Assembly (NCBI RefSeq): GCF_001194135.2
Contig: NC_068984.1
Coordinates: forward strand, 62,405,522-62,454,526
Length of the DNA: 49,005 bases
Direction of reading: 5' to 3'
Source: Octopus bimaculoides
Taxonomy: Eukaryota
Shown here: piece by piece, positions 22,115-34,869 of the stretch
Position numbering within the stretch: the stretch's first letter is position 1
How the letters are laid out: each line of letters starts with the position of its first letter
The notes under the pieces: model-generated
Told to the model about the DNA's origin: nothing
The model's database searches: none
The model's input: only the letters and a program-made list of their open reading frames with translations
Translations under genes and position numbers: made by a program

Positions 22115-22850
22115 TATATATGTATTCTTTTATTTGTCTTAGTCATTTGATTGTGGCCATGCTGGAGCACCGCCTTTAGTCGAACAAATCGACCCCAGTA
22201 CTTATTCTTTGTAAGATTAGTACTTATTCTATCGGTCTCTCTTGCCAACCACTAAGTTATGGTGACATGAACACACCAGCATCGCTTGTCAAGCAATGGT
22301 GGGTGGACAAACAGAAACACACAAAAATACACACATGCATCATCATCATCATCGTCATCGTTTAACGTCTGCTTTCCATGCTAGCATGAGTTGGACGATT
22401 TGACTGAGGAATGGCGAACCAGATGGCTACACCAGGCTATAATCTGACTTGGCAGAGTTTCTACAGCTGGATGCCTTTCCTAACACCAACCACTCCGAGA
22501 GTGTAGTGGGTGCTTTTACATGTCACCAGCACAGAGGCCAGTCAGGTGGTACTGGCAACAGCCACGTTCAAAATATTGTATTTTACATGTCACCTGCACA
22601 GCAGACAGTCCAGCGGCACTGGCAACGACTTCGCTTGAATGTCTTTTCACGTGCCACCGGCACAAGTGCCAGGAAGGCGACATACATATACGATGGGTTT
22701 CTTTCAGTTTCCGTCTACCAATTCCACTTACAAGGCTTTGGTCGGCCCGAGGCTATAGTTGAAGCTACTTGCCCAAAGTGCCATGCAGTGGGACTGAATC
22801 CAGAACCATGTGGGTAGTAAGCAAGCTACTTACCACACAGCCACTCCTGC
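22115..22850 (-). mobile_element. Bipartite SINE family A (tail 22115-22330, head 22690-22850) interrupted by an RTE 3' end
   Basis: Both halves lie on the minus strand, flanking the RTE tail copy. Confidence 0.75.
22338..22680 (-). mobile_element. RTE LINE 3' UTR copy
   Basis: Reverse complement of 3890-4228, including the tandem units. Confidence 0.9.
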
Positions 22851-22868
22851 ACCTAGCTACTTACCACA

Positions 22869-23075
22869 ATCATCATCATCGTTTAACATCTGTTTTCCAT
22901 GCTGGCAGTGGTTGGATGGTTTGACTGGGTCTGGGAAGCCAGGAGGCTGCACCAAGCTCCAGTCTGATCTGGCAATGTTTCTACAGCTGGATGTTCTTTC
23001 CTAATGCCAGCCACTCTGAGAGTGTAGTGGGTGCTTTTTACATGCCACTGGCACAGGGGTCAGAGAGGCCTGGCA
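22869..23075 (-). mobile_element. RTE LINE 3' end copy
   Basis: catcatcatcgtttaacatc...ctacagctggatg...gagagtgtagtgggtgc. Confidence 0.85.
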
Positions 23076-23129
23076 ATGATCATGATCGGTTGGTGCTTTC
23101 ATCTGTCGCACATGAAAGCTATCTTTTAC

Positions 23130-23575
23130 TTGTTTCATTCATTGGTGAGTGGTCATACTGGATACCACCATGAAGGCTTTAGTTGAATAAAATGAAACAC
23201 GTATTTATTTTTCAAGTCTGGTACTTATTCTATTGATTTCTGTTGATGAACTTCTAAATTATGGGGACATAAACAACCAACATCAATTGTAAAGTAGTGT
23301 GACTATGTATGAGTTTGAGTGTGTGTGTGTGTGTGTGTGTGTTTGTGTGTGTTTGTGTGTGTGTGTGTGTGTTTGTGTGTGTGTATGCACAATGGGCTTT
23401 CACACACTATGAAATGGGCTTTCACACATCTACTACAATGGGCTTTTGCACATCTACCAAATTCATTCACAAGGCATTGGTCAGCTTGAGGCTATAGTAG
23501 AAGACGCTTGTCCAAGAAAGTGAACACTGTGACTGAACCTGATTCTCATGGCTGCAAAGAAAACTTAACAACACA
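23130..23575 (-). mobile_element. Bipartite SINE family A with internal (GT)n
   Basis: Tail 23130-23300, (GT)n 23318-23383, three aatgggcttt(t)cac units 23390-23460, head to 23575. Confidence 0.7.
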
Positions 23576-24394
23576 GACAGAATAATTTTCATATTAAATA
23601 TTGATATATTATGCAAAATATCATTATATCATTTCCAGAAATATGTTAAAATACAAAAAAAAAAGGCAATAAAAAATTTATTATATATGTTGAAATGGTT
23701 TAAAATATTTTAGTAGATAATATGTCATAAGTAAATAAAATCTACTGTCAATGGAATGAAATATTCTCATGAAAATTCAAGATAGGTGAATATCAATGAT
23801 GCTTAGATTTAAAAGGAGAGTATGTATTGCATACATTATCAGTTTTTACCTCATTATTAATATTCAGAAGGAACTGGAAAAGATATTGTTAATACTGTAA
23901 GTTGTAATGAATATAAATCATAATTATTCAGTGGTTAAGCCAGTTATTAGTGTTAAGATATATCTAATTCAAAATAGCATAAGACCTATCCCACTAATGG
24001 TAAAACTAACCCTCTAATAGCGATGTGGTCATGAAATTAATTATTAATGTTGTAAAAGGTATCATCAAAATTTACAACAATAAAAGCTACATCACTAACA
24101 GTAGGTTTTAATGTCAAATCTAACCAATCTAAAATGAGAATTATCACTTTTAGTAATATAATGATTAAAAGCTTTGAAATATTATCTCATCTAAAAGAGT
24201 GAAAGCTATCTATTTGACTGTAATATGAAGTTTAACTTAGTTTAAAATGTAAAACATTTCTCTCTTGCTGTAACAGTAATATGCTGGTCAAGTCAGTTTT
24301 AATACTAAAATCTGTTCAAAAATTGTGGCAGCGTATTCATGTATAAGCAAGTTTTAAGAAAACATAAAATTGATATATAATATGGTAATTTATT

Positions 24395-24590
24395 TAAATA
24401 TTGGCTTCAAATTTTGACACAAGGTTCATGGGATGGGTAAGTGAATTACATGACCGCAGTGCTCAATTGATACTTATTTTATCAACATTGAAATGATGAA
24501 AGGCAAAGTTGACCTCAGTGGAATTTGAACTCAGAAATGCCACTAGGCTGTTTGTTCAGTGTGCTAACAATTCTACTAGCTCATCACCTA
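24395..24590 (-). mobile_element. SINE family B
   Basis: gatacttattttatcaac...gatgaaaggcaaagttgacctcagtggaatttgaactcagaa. Confidence 0.75.
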
Positions 24591-26319
24591 ATTAAGGTAT
24601 TTCTTAATTTCTTAACGATGATTCTGAAGCTCAACAATTTCGCTTGAACAATTTTGCAATATTATAACTTGTTTTTTCTTCTTTTTTTCTTAGTTAATTC
24701 TTATACTTGAGTTTTACTTAAATTACAGGCAAGAAAATGGAATCCATTAGTTAGAAATAGTTCAACAGAATATAATGACAGCCCCAAATTTTATCCTATT
24801 GTATCATTTTGTATAAATTTGATTGACACAACAGCATCAATACAATTAGATATTCTAGCTATATCATGTTTCATAAATACAAGTTATGTATATTTCCATA
24901 ATAAGCAATACATTATGTAAGCATTTCTGAGAATGTGTGAATGTATTTATGTATATGTATTTATAATTTTTTTTCTTTTAGGTAGAAAGGCCACATCACA
25001 AAGGAATATTGAATTTAAATAGAGATGGCAGCTTCCTCTTGCTTTTAAAATTTAATATCTCCAGAATCAGTTATTAAAATTCTATAAATTGTCATTTATT
25101 CACTTCTTGTCAATGGGAATTATGTTAATATAAATGCATTCCAGATGTTCCGGGATAAAATGACATTCTATAAGCCAGAATATATCTATTTAAGCCAGTA
25201 ATTTAGATGATTCTCGAAACCAATTATCAATGTAAATAATATTCTAGCTTGTTGTTGCTTTACCTAACTGGTTAGACACTGCATATAGAAATGCATAATC
25301 ATTATTCAATCACAATATATTACTATTTACATCAATATTAAACATAAAATATAAAAGTCATGATGTATTAGCTAAATTTTCTGAGATAAATTGAACAACT
25401 ATAAAACAAAATTAATATCATGTGCTCTTTTAGTGGATAATATTTAATGTAAACACAACATAGATTGGAATTGTCAGATAGCTTAATTACAAATGAATCA
25501 GTTTACACTGTAACCATGCTATATAGCTTTCTACAGAAACAACTTCTTTAGCAGTAATAATACCTAAACAGTAAAACCAAGAAACCCAAGAAATAGTGGT
25601 AACTGCACCAACAAAAATTAATCCATAGGAGTGTTTGTACAAGAGTTAAGTGAGCTGATATACCATAAAGAGTTAAATTATCTAAGGTTTCAGATATTCA
25701 TTCATCCTCTTCAAACTAAAGGAGAGAAAGTGAGGAGCAAATATATGAGTGTTTTCACTCATGTCACAAAATTGCCGATGTAACAGAAGCTATAGCTTTA
25801 TAGTGAAGGTTTTGTTGCTTTCTAATATATTCTACACTATCAAATATTTGCTAGAGAGTAAATTATACTGCAGAAATTGATTAGGTTATTATATTCGAGG
25901 TTGATCTGTACTGAAACCAATTCTCTCAGTTTAGTGATTTTTAAGATAATACCGACTCAATTAATATAACAATGTTTAAGAAATGAGCACTCCCAAGAAT
26001 GAACAAATTTCAAGGTATGACTGTTTCAGCATAAGTTCCGTAAGTGTTAACATTAACCCTCAGCCTGTCTTGTATATCACATGTAATACACAGGACTTGT
26101 TAACCTGGCATCCATAAAACATAAGTCATACATTCCCAAGGTATTCAACCACCAGAGTAAGTTGGGACTTATGAAAAGAATGCTTTAAATTACTCAGAAC
26201 ATATGAAGCAAGGGTTAACTGAAAGTCTGAAAACAAGTATGTATGTTTCAGAGAAACTAATGAAAATGATTAGCATAAAAGTAGAAATAACTTCCCTCCA
26301 TCCACCTATCTCTCTTCTC

Positions 26320-26720
26320 CACCCACAATTCCTTGGAGGTTCTTTGGGATAGAGTCCTTAGACACCACCTTCATAGGGTCCTATCAGAAACAACTATAAT
26401 TTTCCATCTGGATACCCAAGCATGACCAACTGAAAGTATGGATATTATCCCTCCTTTTCATTCTTGGCCTACCCTTAAGTTTCCTGCTGGCTGACTCATT
26501 TTGAAAGATCTTGTGGTTCTTCCCTATGACATTCTAACACCATGTCCATAGTATTAGAGCTGTGATCTCTCAATGCTGTGAAGTAGTGGCTCAACCTGGA
26601 GAGAATTCTTGATCACTGAACCATGCATCTTGTTGAATAACATTGTTCCAGAGATCCTTTGGAGACCCTGTTTCAGCCATTTTTATTCGCAATCATATTC
26701 ATTTAGTCATTACCCAACAT
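26320..26720 (-). mobile_element. Old RTE-like LINE C-terminal relic
   Basis: The minus strand gives GHGVRMS..RTTRSF..QPAG....GRPR, similar to the RTE C-terminal WxGHVxRM...GRP motif, and resembles the 39480-39700 relic. Confidence 0.55.
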
Positions 26721-26927
26721 TCATGACATTTGGTGAAGATAAGCACAAAACTGAATTAAAGATAACTTTTTAATGTAAACAGACAACAAAAGCAGAATTA
26801 TACCAGAAGGTATAGTAAGAGTGAAAGAAAATTATCAGTATATAGTAGTAATTTTGCTAAAGTGTAAGCTTTTAAGAATGAATTCAAACTATAAAGATTA
26901 CGATAAAAGATTTAAAGCAACAAAAAT

Positions 26928-27253
26928 AGTAAACCACACAATTTTTACTTGTTGCTTGAAATGTATTGTAAATGCCAAAAGTATTCAATAAGATTTATAA
27001 AATATTTGGGGGTTGACTACTATATGCTTAATCTGCTGATTACAATGTACTTAATCTTGCTCACTGATAGCAAAGATTTCAAAATGATATAGTAAACCAC
27101 ACAATTTTTACTTGTTGCTTGAAATGTATTGTAAATGCCAAAAGTATTCAATAAGATTTAGAAAATATTTGGGGGTTGACTACTATATGCTTAATCTGCT
27201 GATTACAATGTACTTAATCTTGCTCACTGATAGCAAAGATTTCAAAATGATAT
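26928..27253. repeat. 163-bp tandem duplication
   Basis: 26928-27090 and 27091-27253 are identical except for one T/G difference. Confidence 0.97.
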
Positions 27254-28602
27254 TTCATGATTGCAACATTGTTTTATATTTCTACTTATCTAACCACATA
27301 AATGAATAAAATAATATATAAACTAAAGCCAAAATTTAGAAGGAAAAGATGAAGAAATACAAAGCTAGTCATGTTATTTGAGATATTCTATGATAAAGAG
27401 CAACAAAATGTTTATTCTGAATATTGATTTTAAGACATGCTTTTCATTATTTTCTTTTCTTAAGAAGAGATCTTTCCATTAAATATTATTGGAGAAATAT
27501 TGAAAGAAACAATGATAATGGGTAAGTAAATATTACAATAACACCTAATGGCATTTACACACATAAGAGAACACAAAAATAATGAATGACCACTGCAATA
27601 TGTCTTCCTTTATATGCAAATCAGTAAGCTGAAAGATAAAGAGTCTTAACTTCAAAAGAATGTTTTATGTCTTCAATGATAATTTTCTTCCATAAGCTCA
27701 TCAGGATTTTCTTCCTTATTTGTGAAATCTAATTCCATTCCAATCTGCAGAAACTTTAAAATCATTGCCACACTTCTAAAGTGTACATACATATAATTTT
27801 ATTGAAAGAAAAAAAACAAAAGCTGAACATTACAACATTATAAAGAAAACCAATAAAAAACAAAAAAAGCAAGATATAATGGACAATAAATGAGAAATAA
27901 AATGGATAAATTTCCCAAAATAAATAAATGAATAAACAAACAAAAGTGTCTTTTAAAACTCTTAAATATATTCATGCTTTAATACTAACTGTAGAACAGC
28001 TATATCAATAATTTACATGCTACACAAAGTCTTTATCTTGTATTTATGTTTTGCATTCTTGATTACATACTCATAATAACACACTTATCTGAATTCATAT
28101 TTGCATAATGATACACACTGAGGAAATAATGGCTTTACTTCAACAGACTTTAAGCTCCTTCATTTCATCCTATTTAGAATTTTGGTTCAACTAGATGACA
28201 GGAGCAATAAAGGATGCTTTTGGAGAGTAAGGGAGTATTATGCTGTCAAGTATGTTCTATCCAAATTGAAATATATTTGAAATGTTGTAAATAGGCTGCT
28301 GTTTTTTAAAAGATGATGCAGAATATAGAAAGTATTTTATTTCAAAATCAGTTATATGTGAAAAGGAATATTGCATTCAACAGGATTGTCTTTTAGCACT
28401 TAAAACTGCATACCTATTTCCACATGGAAATTGTTCAGTGACAGGGTATCAGGAATTTTATGAATGATACTTTATAAATTTTTATTGCTTTAGGATTATC
28501 TGAGTGTAAATAATTCAATAAGTGGAATTAAAGGAAATTTGATTAATGTTCCAAATTCTCTCATTGGGTCTACAATGTGAACGGAAATTATTACATTCCC
28601 AC

Positions 28603-28710
28603 TCATCATCATCATGATCATGATGATGATCATCATCATCACCACCACCACCATCACTGTTGTCATTGTCAACATCCACATCATCATCATCATCCACAAC
28701 AACAATATCA
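28603..28710. repeat. (CAT)n/(CAC)n/(CAA)n compound tract
   Basis: Directly visible. Confidence 0.9.
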
Positions 28711-29654
28711 TCTCAAGGATAGTGAATTGGTAGAATTAGTTAGAAATCATTAAAGTATCAAAGAGCCAAACGATGAAGTTAACCATTTAACTTTGAAATT
28801 AAATTTCATCTTTCTTCCAGTAATACTGTTAAATATCTACTAAAAAAATAGAATTAATATTTTATCCAAGTCATGTTGCCTCAGTGATCTTGATATATCT
28901 CAATAGAAAATAGTTTCAAAGATGACATTCCTCAACAAAAGTTAGGGTAATTAAATTTTGAGTGGATATATCTGCTTTCTGGAGTAAAAAGGTTAAACAA
29001 GACAACAAATTGAATCTGCTACCCAAAGCTATATCTCTATACATTCAGAGTTCAATTCCTTTGCCTTTCATCCCTCTGAGAATGGAAGGTAAAGTAATAG
29101 TCAAAAAGAAAATCAACTAACCCCCACTTTCTCAAATTTCATGCATTGTGCCTATACTAGAAATAATTAATATCATTATTATTATATGAATGTTTTCTAT
29201 TAGATGTATCTATGGTATAACATTTCCCATATCATTTCATGTCTTTACATTAATAACAGCCAGATTTCTAAGATCATTCTTACACTGTAACTCCTCCCCC
29301 GTCTTTCTTGATCTTTTTCTTCTACAACCACCTTTCCCCATCATCATCATATGGCATATTGTCAACTAGAACTTATTGTCTATTGTCTATTTGTATCACA
29401 GATCTATTAGCAATACAATCAGTATTTATTTTTACAAGCAAGAACATGTTTTCAATGGACCATTAAAACAATTTTACATGTTATTGTTGAAAGTCTACAG
29501 CATATGATCATTTTATTTATGTAAAGCTTGCACATATCTTCAATAATTGATATAAATAATAACAATATTATACTTTTATGATGATGATGATGATCATCAT
29601 CATCATTACCATCATCGTCATCAATATCATTGTCATTTTTCTTGTCTAGTTTTC

Positions 29655-29790
29655 TATGCTCACATAAGTATGACAATTCATTGAAGCAGATATTTTACAA
29701 CTGGATGCCCTTCATGTCACCAATCCCAAACCGTTTCCAAGCAAGGTAATATTTCCTCATGGCTAGACATGTTTTCAAGGATGATTTGAA
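29655..29790 (-). mobile_element. RTE-related 3' end variant
   Basis: ttttacaactggatgcccttcatgtcaccaatc resembles the ctacagctggatgcccttcctaacgccaac block of the RTE tails. Confidence 0.5.
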
Positions 29791-29879
29791 AGTTGGGTTG
29801 CTGCTTGTATGACGTATATCTAATGCATAATGTCAAGGCAAGGATACACACATACAAACATAGAACATATAAATATATA

Positions 29880-30030
29880 TGACTGGCTTCTTTCAGTTTC
29901 CTTCTACCAAATCGATTCAAAAGACTTTTGGTTGACCTAAAGCTATAGTAGAAAGCACTTTCCCAAAATAGGACTGAAACTGAAGCCATTTTGTTGGGAA
30001 GTGAACTTGTTAAATACACAGCTACACCTG
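29880..30030 (-). mobile_element. SINE family A head
   Basis: ggcttctttcagtttccttctaccaaatc...ggactgaaactgaagcc. Confidence 0.75.
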
Positions 30031-30334
30031 GGCCTTAGAAGCAATATTATCAAGTAGCTATAACAGATGCAATTATGGATTTTACTGAAATAGATTTAAA
30101 AGTCGATTTGAAGAGGTCATCGATATACTGACTAATATGATTAAATATTGATTATAACAGTCAAAAATTATTGTAAGAAAAGAATTTAGGAGCTGAAGTT
30201 AGATATAAATTTAGCATTATGATCTTGCTGTAAGCTTTTTCCATTATATGAAACACTTGTCTATCAGGATTAAATTGAAAGAAATAAAGTCAACACCCAT
30301 GAAATTTTATTGGCACCCAAATCTGGTGAATAGA

Positions 30335-30590
30335 ATAATAATTTGGCACCACAAGGCATTCAAGCTAGCACCACCTAAAAGCACTCATGCTGGTGCCATG
30401 TTAAAAGTGCCCTACATACACTGTAAAGCTGTTGGCATTAGAAAGGGTATGAAACTGTAGAAAGCAGGCCAAATGTGACTGGACAATTAACACATATCAT
30501 CATCTTCAACTAACATTCAGTTTTCTATGCTGGTATGGGGTGCAAAGTTTGACATGAACAAATGAGTCAGAGGACTGTGTTAATTTCTAA
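30335..30590. mobile_element. Decayed RTE 3' end fragments (plus 30335-30475, minus 30495-30590)
   Basis: aaaagcac units and gttggcattagaaagggt...ctgtagaaa, then catcatcttcaactaacatt...ttctatgctgg. Confidence 0.6.
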
Positions 30591-30624
30591 TGTCAGATTT
30601 GCTTCTTTCTTAATGTCAACCACT

Positions 30625-30758
30625 TCACATTCTGTGTATTGAGTGTTCGCACCTAGGGAAAATGTCTTCAGCTATAGCCTTTAGCCAACTAAAGTCTTGT
30701 GAGTGGATTTGGTAGCTGGAGAAACCTTGTCGAATATACACATATGTATATGAATAAA

Positions 30759-30802
<44 letters not shown>

Positions 30803-30990
30803 CATATATATACCTGGTGTTGGTGTGTATACATCCCCATAAATTAGTGGTTTGGAAAAAAGGGATTGATAAAATAAGTACCAGACTTTAAAAAAATACC
30901 AGGTAAAATTTGTTTAGCTAAGCTCTTCAATGTGGTGCCTCACAATGACCACAGTATAATGATTGAAACTAAAAGGAAAAAGAAAATGTG
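30625..30990 (+). mobile_element. Bipartite SINE family A with internal (GT)n
   Basis: Head to 30740, microsatellite, then tail ending gattgaaactaaaaggaaaaag. Confidence 0.7.
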
Positions 30991-31083
<93 letters not shown>

Positions 31084-31184
31084 ACTCTGACTTCAAGACC
31101 ACCAGACGATGTGGTTTTGATCTATATTAGATCTCCTTGGTGGTAGGTACTTGTGTGTGTATATATACATACACACACACACTA

Positions 31185-31335
31185 ATGCAGGCTCTTTCAC
31201 CTTCAGTCTACCAAATCCACACTCACAAGTCTTTGGATTGACTGGGCACTAGTAGAAGTCACTTGCCCAAGTGCCATGCAATGGGACTGAACACAGAACC
31301 ATTTGGATGAGAAATAAATTTCTTACCACACAACC
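31185..31335 (-). mobile_element. SINE family A head
   Basis: cagtctaccaaatccac...cacttgcccaagtgccatgcaatgggactgaac. Confidence 0.75.
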
Positions 31336-31559
31336 TTATGTGTGTTGATTAAATAAACCTTTAATGTGTTAAATCCCACCAGCTATATAATGGTGCCTTA
31401 CAGCTCAACATTTAGGGCAACGTTATGTTACAATGTTTAATCTACTTTTATGCAACATCAGAATTATTAGTTCTTAGAAATATAGTGTAACCTCCAAGAA
31501 GTTTGCATTAACATGCATCAACATTACTACAGCTTAAAAATGATACAGAAATATAGAGC

Positions 31560-31830
31560 AGGTTACATATAAAAGTCACCTGTGCCAGTGACATGTAAAA
31601 GGCACCCATGTCACTGTCACATAAAGGGTACCTGTGCCAGTGACATATAAAAAAGACACTCAGTCCATTTTGTAAAGTGATTGGCATTAGGAAGAACATC
31701 CAGCCATAGAAACTATACCAAAACAGACAACAGGAGCCTGGTGCAACTCTGGTTCACCAGCTCCAATCAAACTGTGTAATCCATGCTAGCAAGGAAAACA
31801 GGTTAAATAATGATAATGAGGAGGAGGATG
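31560..31830 (+). mobile_element. RTE LINE 3' end copy
   Basis: Two cctgtgccagtgacat(g/a)taaaa units, then gattggcattaggaagaacatccagcc...ccatgctagcaagg. Confidence 0.75.
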
Positions 31831-31944
31831 TGTTGTGCTAACTTTTAGATTGGTTCATTAAGATTAACTGCTATACTTCATGTAATGAATTATATATGTG
31901 AAATAGGTACTTTGAGAAATAAGTCCTAACTGAGACATAGATTT

Positions 31945-32170
31945 GTTGTGGATTGGACTTCTAAGGGCAGAGGATTCACAGGGGTCAAGTCAAACAAAAT
32001 ACTGTGAAGCTCTTTGTTGTATCATTTTATGTTCTGAATTCAAATGTCACTGAGGCCATCTTTGCCTTTCAGTCTTTTCGGCTCAATAAAAAATAGCATA
32101 GTAGTAGATGCTGAGTCAAACTGATCAGTTATGTTCATCCCATAAATTTGTGGCACTGTCAGGAATTAAT
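31945..32170 (+). mobile_element. SINE family B, decayed
   Basis: tatgttctgaattcaaat...tttgcctttcagtcttttcggctcaataaaa. Confidence 0.6.
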
Positions 32171-33499
32171 ATTATTCAGTTTCCTATACCACAAATATGT
32201 ATGATCTTGTTGCAATAAAAGAAATTATTATTTATGCATCTAAAAACAATGTGTATGTTGCTTATAATCACATTATCACTTACCAAACAGACCTATGACC
32301 AAAAGCATTCTTGACATCGCTATACCATTTTTGATTGATAATTAAATCTTATATAAGAGAGCTACACATTAAAAACTCATTTAGAAAGAGATGAGACATG
32401 TTTTTGCTGTTTAGAATCAAGCCAGACTTTATTAATAATCAGACCTATGGGCAAATGCATTCCTTATATATCCATTTCATTCTTCTCTTTCAGACAGTCT
32501 GTATAAGTTTATATTAGTCAAAAGTTAGTAGGATATGATTTGAAAAAGATTTCTCTGATGTTTGTAGTAGGCAAGACAAGATACTGCATATACCAATCAC
32601 TTTGCAAAGTAAGTGTAAAAATATCAATAATAATAATTATAAATGAGGTGGTGAAAGGTATAGAATCTAATGAATCATAAAGAAGAAGTAAACACTTGAC
32701 AGACAATAAAGCTATCTTATTCAAATATAGTGCAGAAGATATTCCAACTCTTATTGTTTTAGAAATTGTGTAATACGACAAAAGGTAGAGCTGTCTTTAT
32801 TGTCTGTTACTTAATACAAAACAGAACATGGAACAAAAGAAATATGTTCTCTAAGCAAATAATTCAAATTTTTAATTGTATACTTTCTAATTATTAAAAG
32901 AGATAACATAATGTATTGATATTATCAAACTATATCAAACAGAATATACAAAAATATAACTAATTTAGGCTTGTATACTATTTTACTATTTTACTTGTTT
33001 CAGTCTTTTGACTGTGGCCATGCTGGAGCACTGCCTTGTATGTACATCTTTCTACACATGCATATATAGGTGGTTGTATGTATGAATGTGTGCATGTGTA
33101 TATGTTTGTGCAAGTGTACATGTATGTGTATATGTGTATGCATGCATATATAGGTATATGTGTGAATATGTGTATGAGTGTGTGTTCATAGTGCATACAC
33201 ACACACATGTATATCTTTATTGAGTTTGTTTTGCAAGATTCTTGATGTGAATTTGTTGAAACATTTGGCAATAAAAATGTTTCTATTTCATTTCTTTTCA
33301 TTATTCTTAATCAAATGGTTACATACATACATATAAACCAGAACACATACATATATCATATATATATATAGGTATGTATGTGTATGTATGCATATATATC
33401 TGTATATATATACATATGATATAACACACACATATATATATATATACATACATATATACATACATACGTACAAACATACATATATATATGAGAGGTATT

Positions 33500-33720
33500 G
33501 GTATCTAGATGACTGACAGAGTGCCAGGTAATGCTAAGTAAGTGCTATGGATAGACCGTGGTTAAACTGTTGGTTTGATAACGATACGAGTGAGGAGTCT
33601 AATGTGGGTCTTGTATTAATGTGCATATATATACATTAGACAGAATGAGATAACAAATCCAAGGTTGTGAGGAGTTTTCAGGAAATTTATAATAGTCTTA
33701 CAGCTGTTTCTGCAAATTAT
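33500..33720 (-). mobile_element. Probable PLE terminal-repeat fragment with half hammerhead
   Basis: Minus-strand gaaacagctgtaagac (33710-33695): GAAAC, palindromic stem III ACAGCTGT and a GUA triplet. The CUGANGA half is absent. Confidence 0.4.
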
Positions 33721-34050
33721 GAACATTACAACTATTACTTGGTTCTGAGCTCATAGAATCAGCTGTCAAGCTAAGAAACTATGTATTATGCCTTTAGTTT
33801 TCTGTAATTGTATGCTCGATATGAAAGTATATTTATTTGTCAACATATATAAATATATATATAATTGTACATTATATAGTGTATCTTCTGAATATGTTTA
33901 CTTTTTGTATCTATCTATCTATCTACTGTATTTATATGAATAGTATATAGTCTATTGACTAATTTTTCTAGGCCACTGGTAGTAAAGATTTCTAAAATTG
34001 TTGTTATCCTGATATCATTAATTATATATGTTATATATATACATATGTAT

Positions 34051-34609
34051 ATTTTATAGTTATATATTGCTGTTAAACCTGTGAACCACCTATGTTACTG
34101 CTGTTAGTACTATCAGGAAGATATTAACAATAGTAATATCTTACTTCGAGTGTAAATATTCAAATATTTTGCTCATAAATATATTTGCCCTATGTGGACC
34201 TACTTGACACAAAATGAGCCACAACACTAATGAAATTACAACGTGGCAGATTTAGTGTTTTTCCAGTAACTCATACTGAATAAGGTTGAGTCCCTCTGGG
34301 TCAGAACCCGAAACCATGGAATATGAGCATCTGAATGGCATAATCTTTAAGGGTATGCTTTTTAATGTCTTAATTCTCGATCCGTTTCATTGCTTACTGT
34401 TATTTTTTGTTACAGGTTGATGCTTTTTCTGCATCCTTATGCTCCATGTTAATTTAAAATTTTATAGCTATATAATGCTATTAAACTTCTGAACCATTTC
34501 TGTTGCTGATGTTAATATTATCAATTAAAAATATTCACCACAGATGATATTAACAACAGTAAGATCTTACTTTGTGTGTAAACATTCGAATATTTCGCTC
34601 ATATATATA
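34051..34609 (+). mobile_element. PLE-type pseudo-LTR relic: diverged direct repeats around a decayed hammerhead
   Basis: Repeat 34051-34183 corresponds to 34459-34609 (offset about 408, one insertion). Hammerhead relic at 34270-34327 and a 63-nt GT-AG intron candidate at 34353-34415. Confidence 0.55.
34270..34327 (+). ncRNA. Decayed type I hammerhead ribozyme
   Basis: Perfect 6-bp stem I ctcata/tatgag, core ctgaata (G8 to T), stem II aggtt/aaccc, GAAAC, near-palindromic stem III accatgga. Three substitutions from a canonical motif. Confidence 0.6.
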
Positions 34610-34869
34610 GGCGCGCGTGTGTGTGTGTAGATAAAGATATATCGATATGTCTGTATGTGTATACATATGCATGTATATTTATATATTTCAAGCCTAATCG
34701 TATTTATCTACATCATTATCTTCATATCAGCTCACCTGGATTTCTCTTACCCCACGGACTTAGTTCTTCATAAAAACTTCAGAATTTAAATTCAGATCTT
34801 TTGAGTACTACTACATGTTTTGTAGAGTGATCATCTTCAGATCTCACCTGCTGACTGTATGTATATATA

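Noticed and set aside
34800-34850. Minus-strand CTGAAGA...caaaacatgta as a hammerhead
   Set aside because: The G of GAAA is missing, stem II is at most 2 bp, and there is no stem I.
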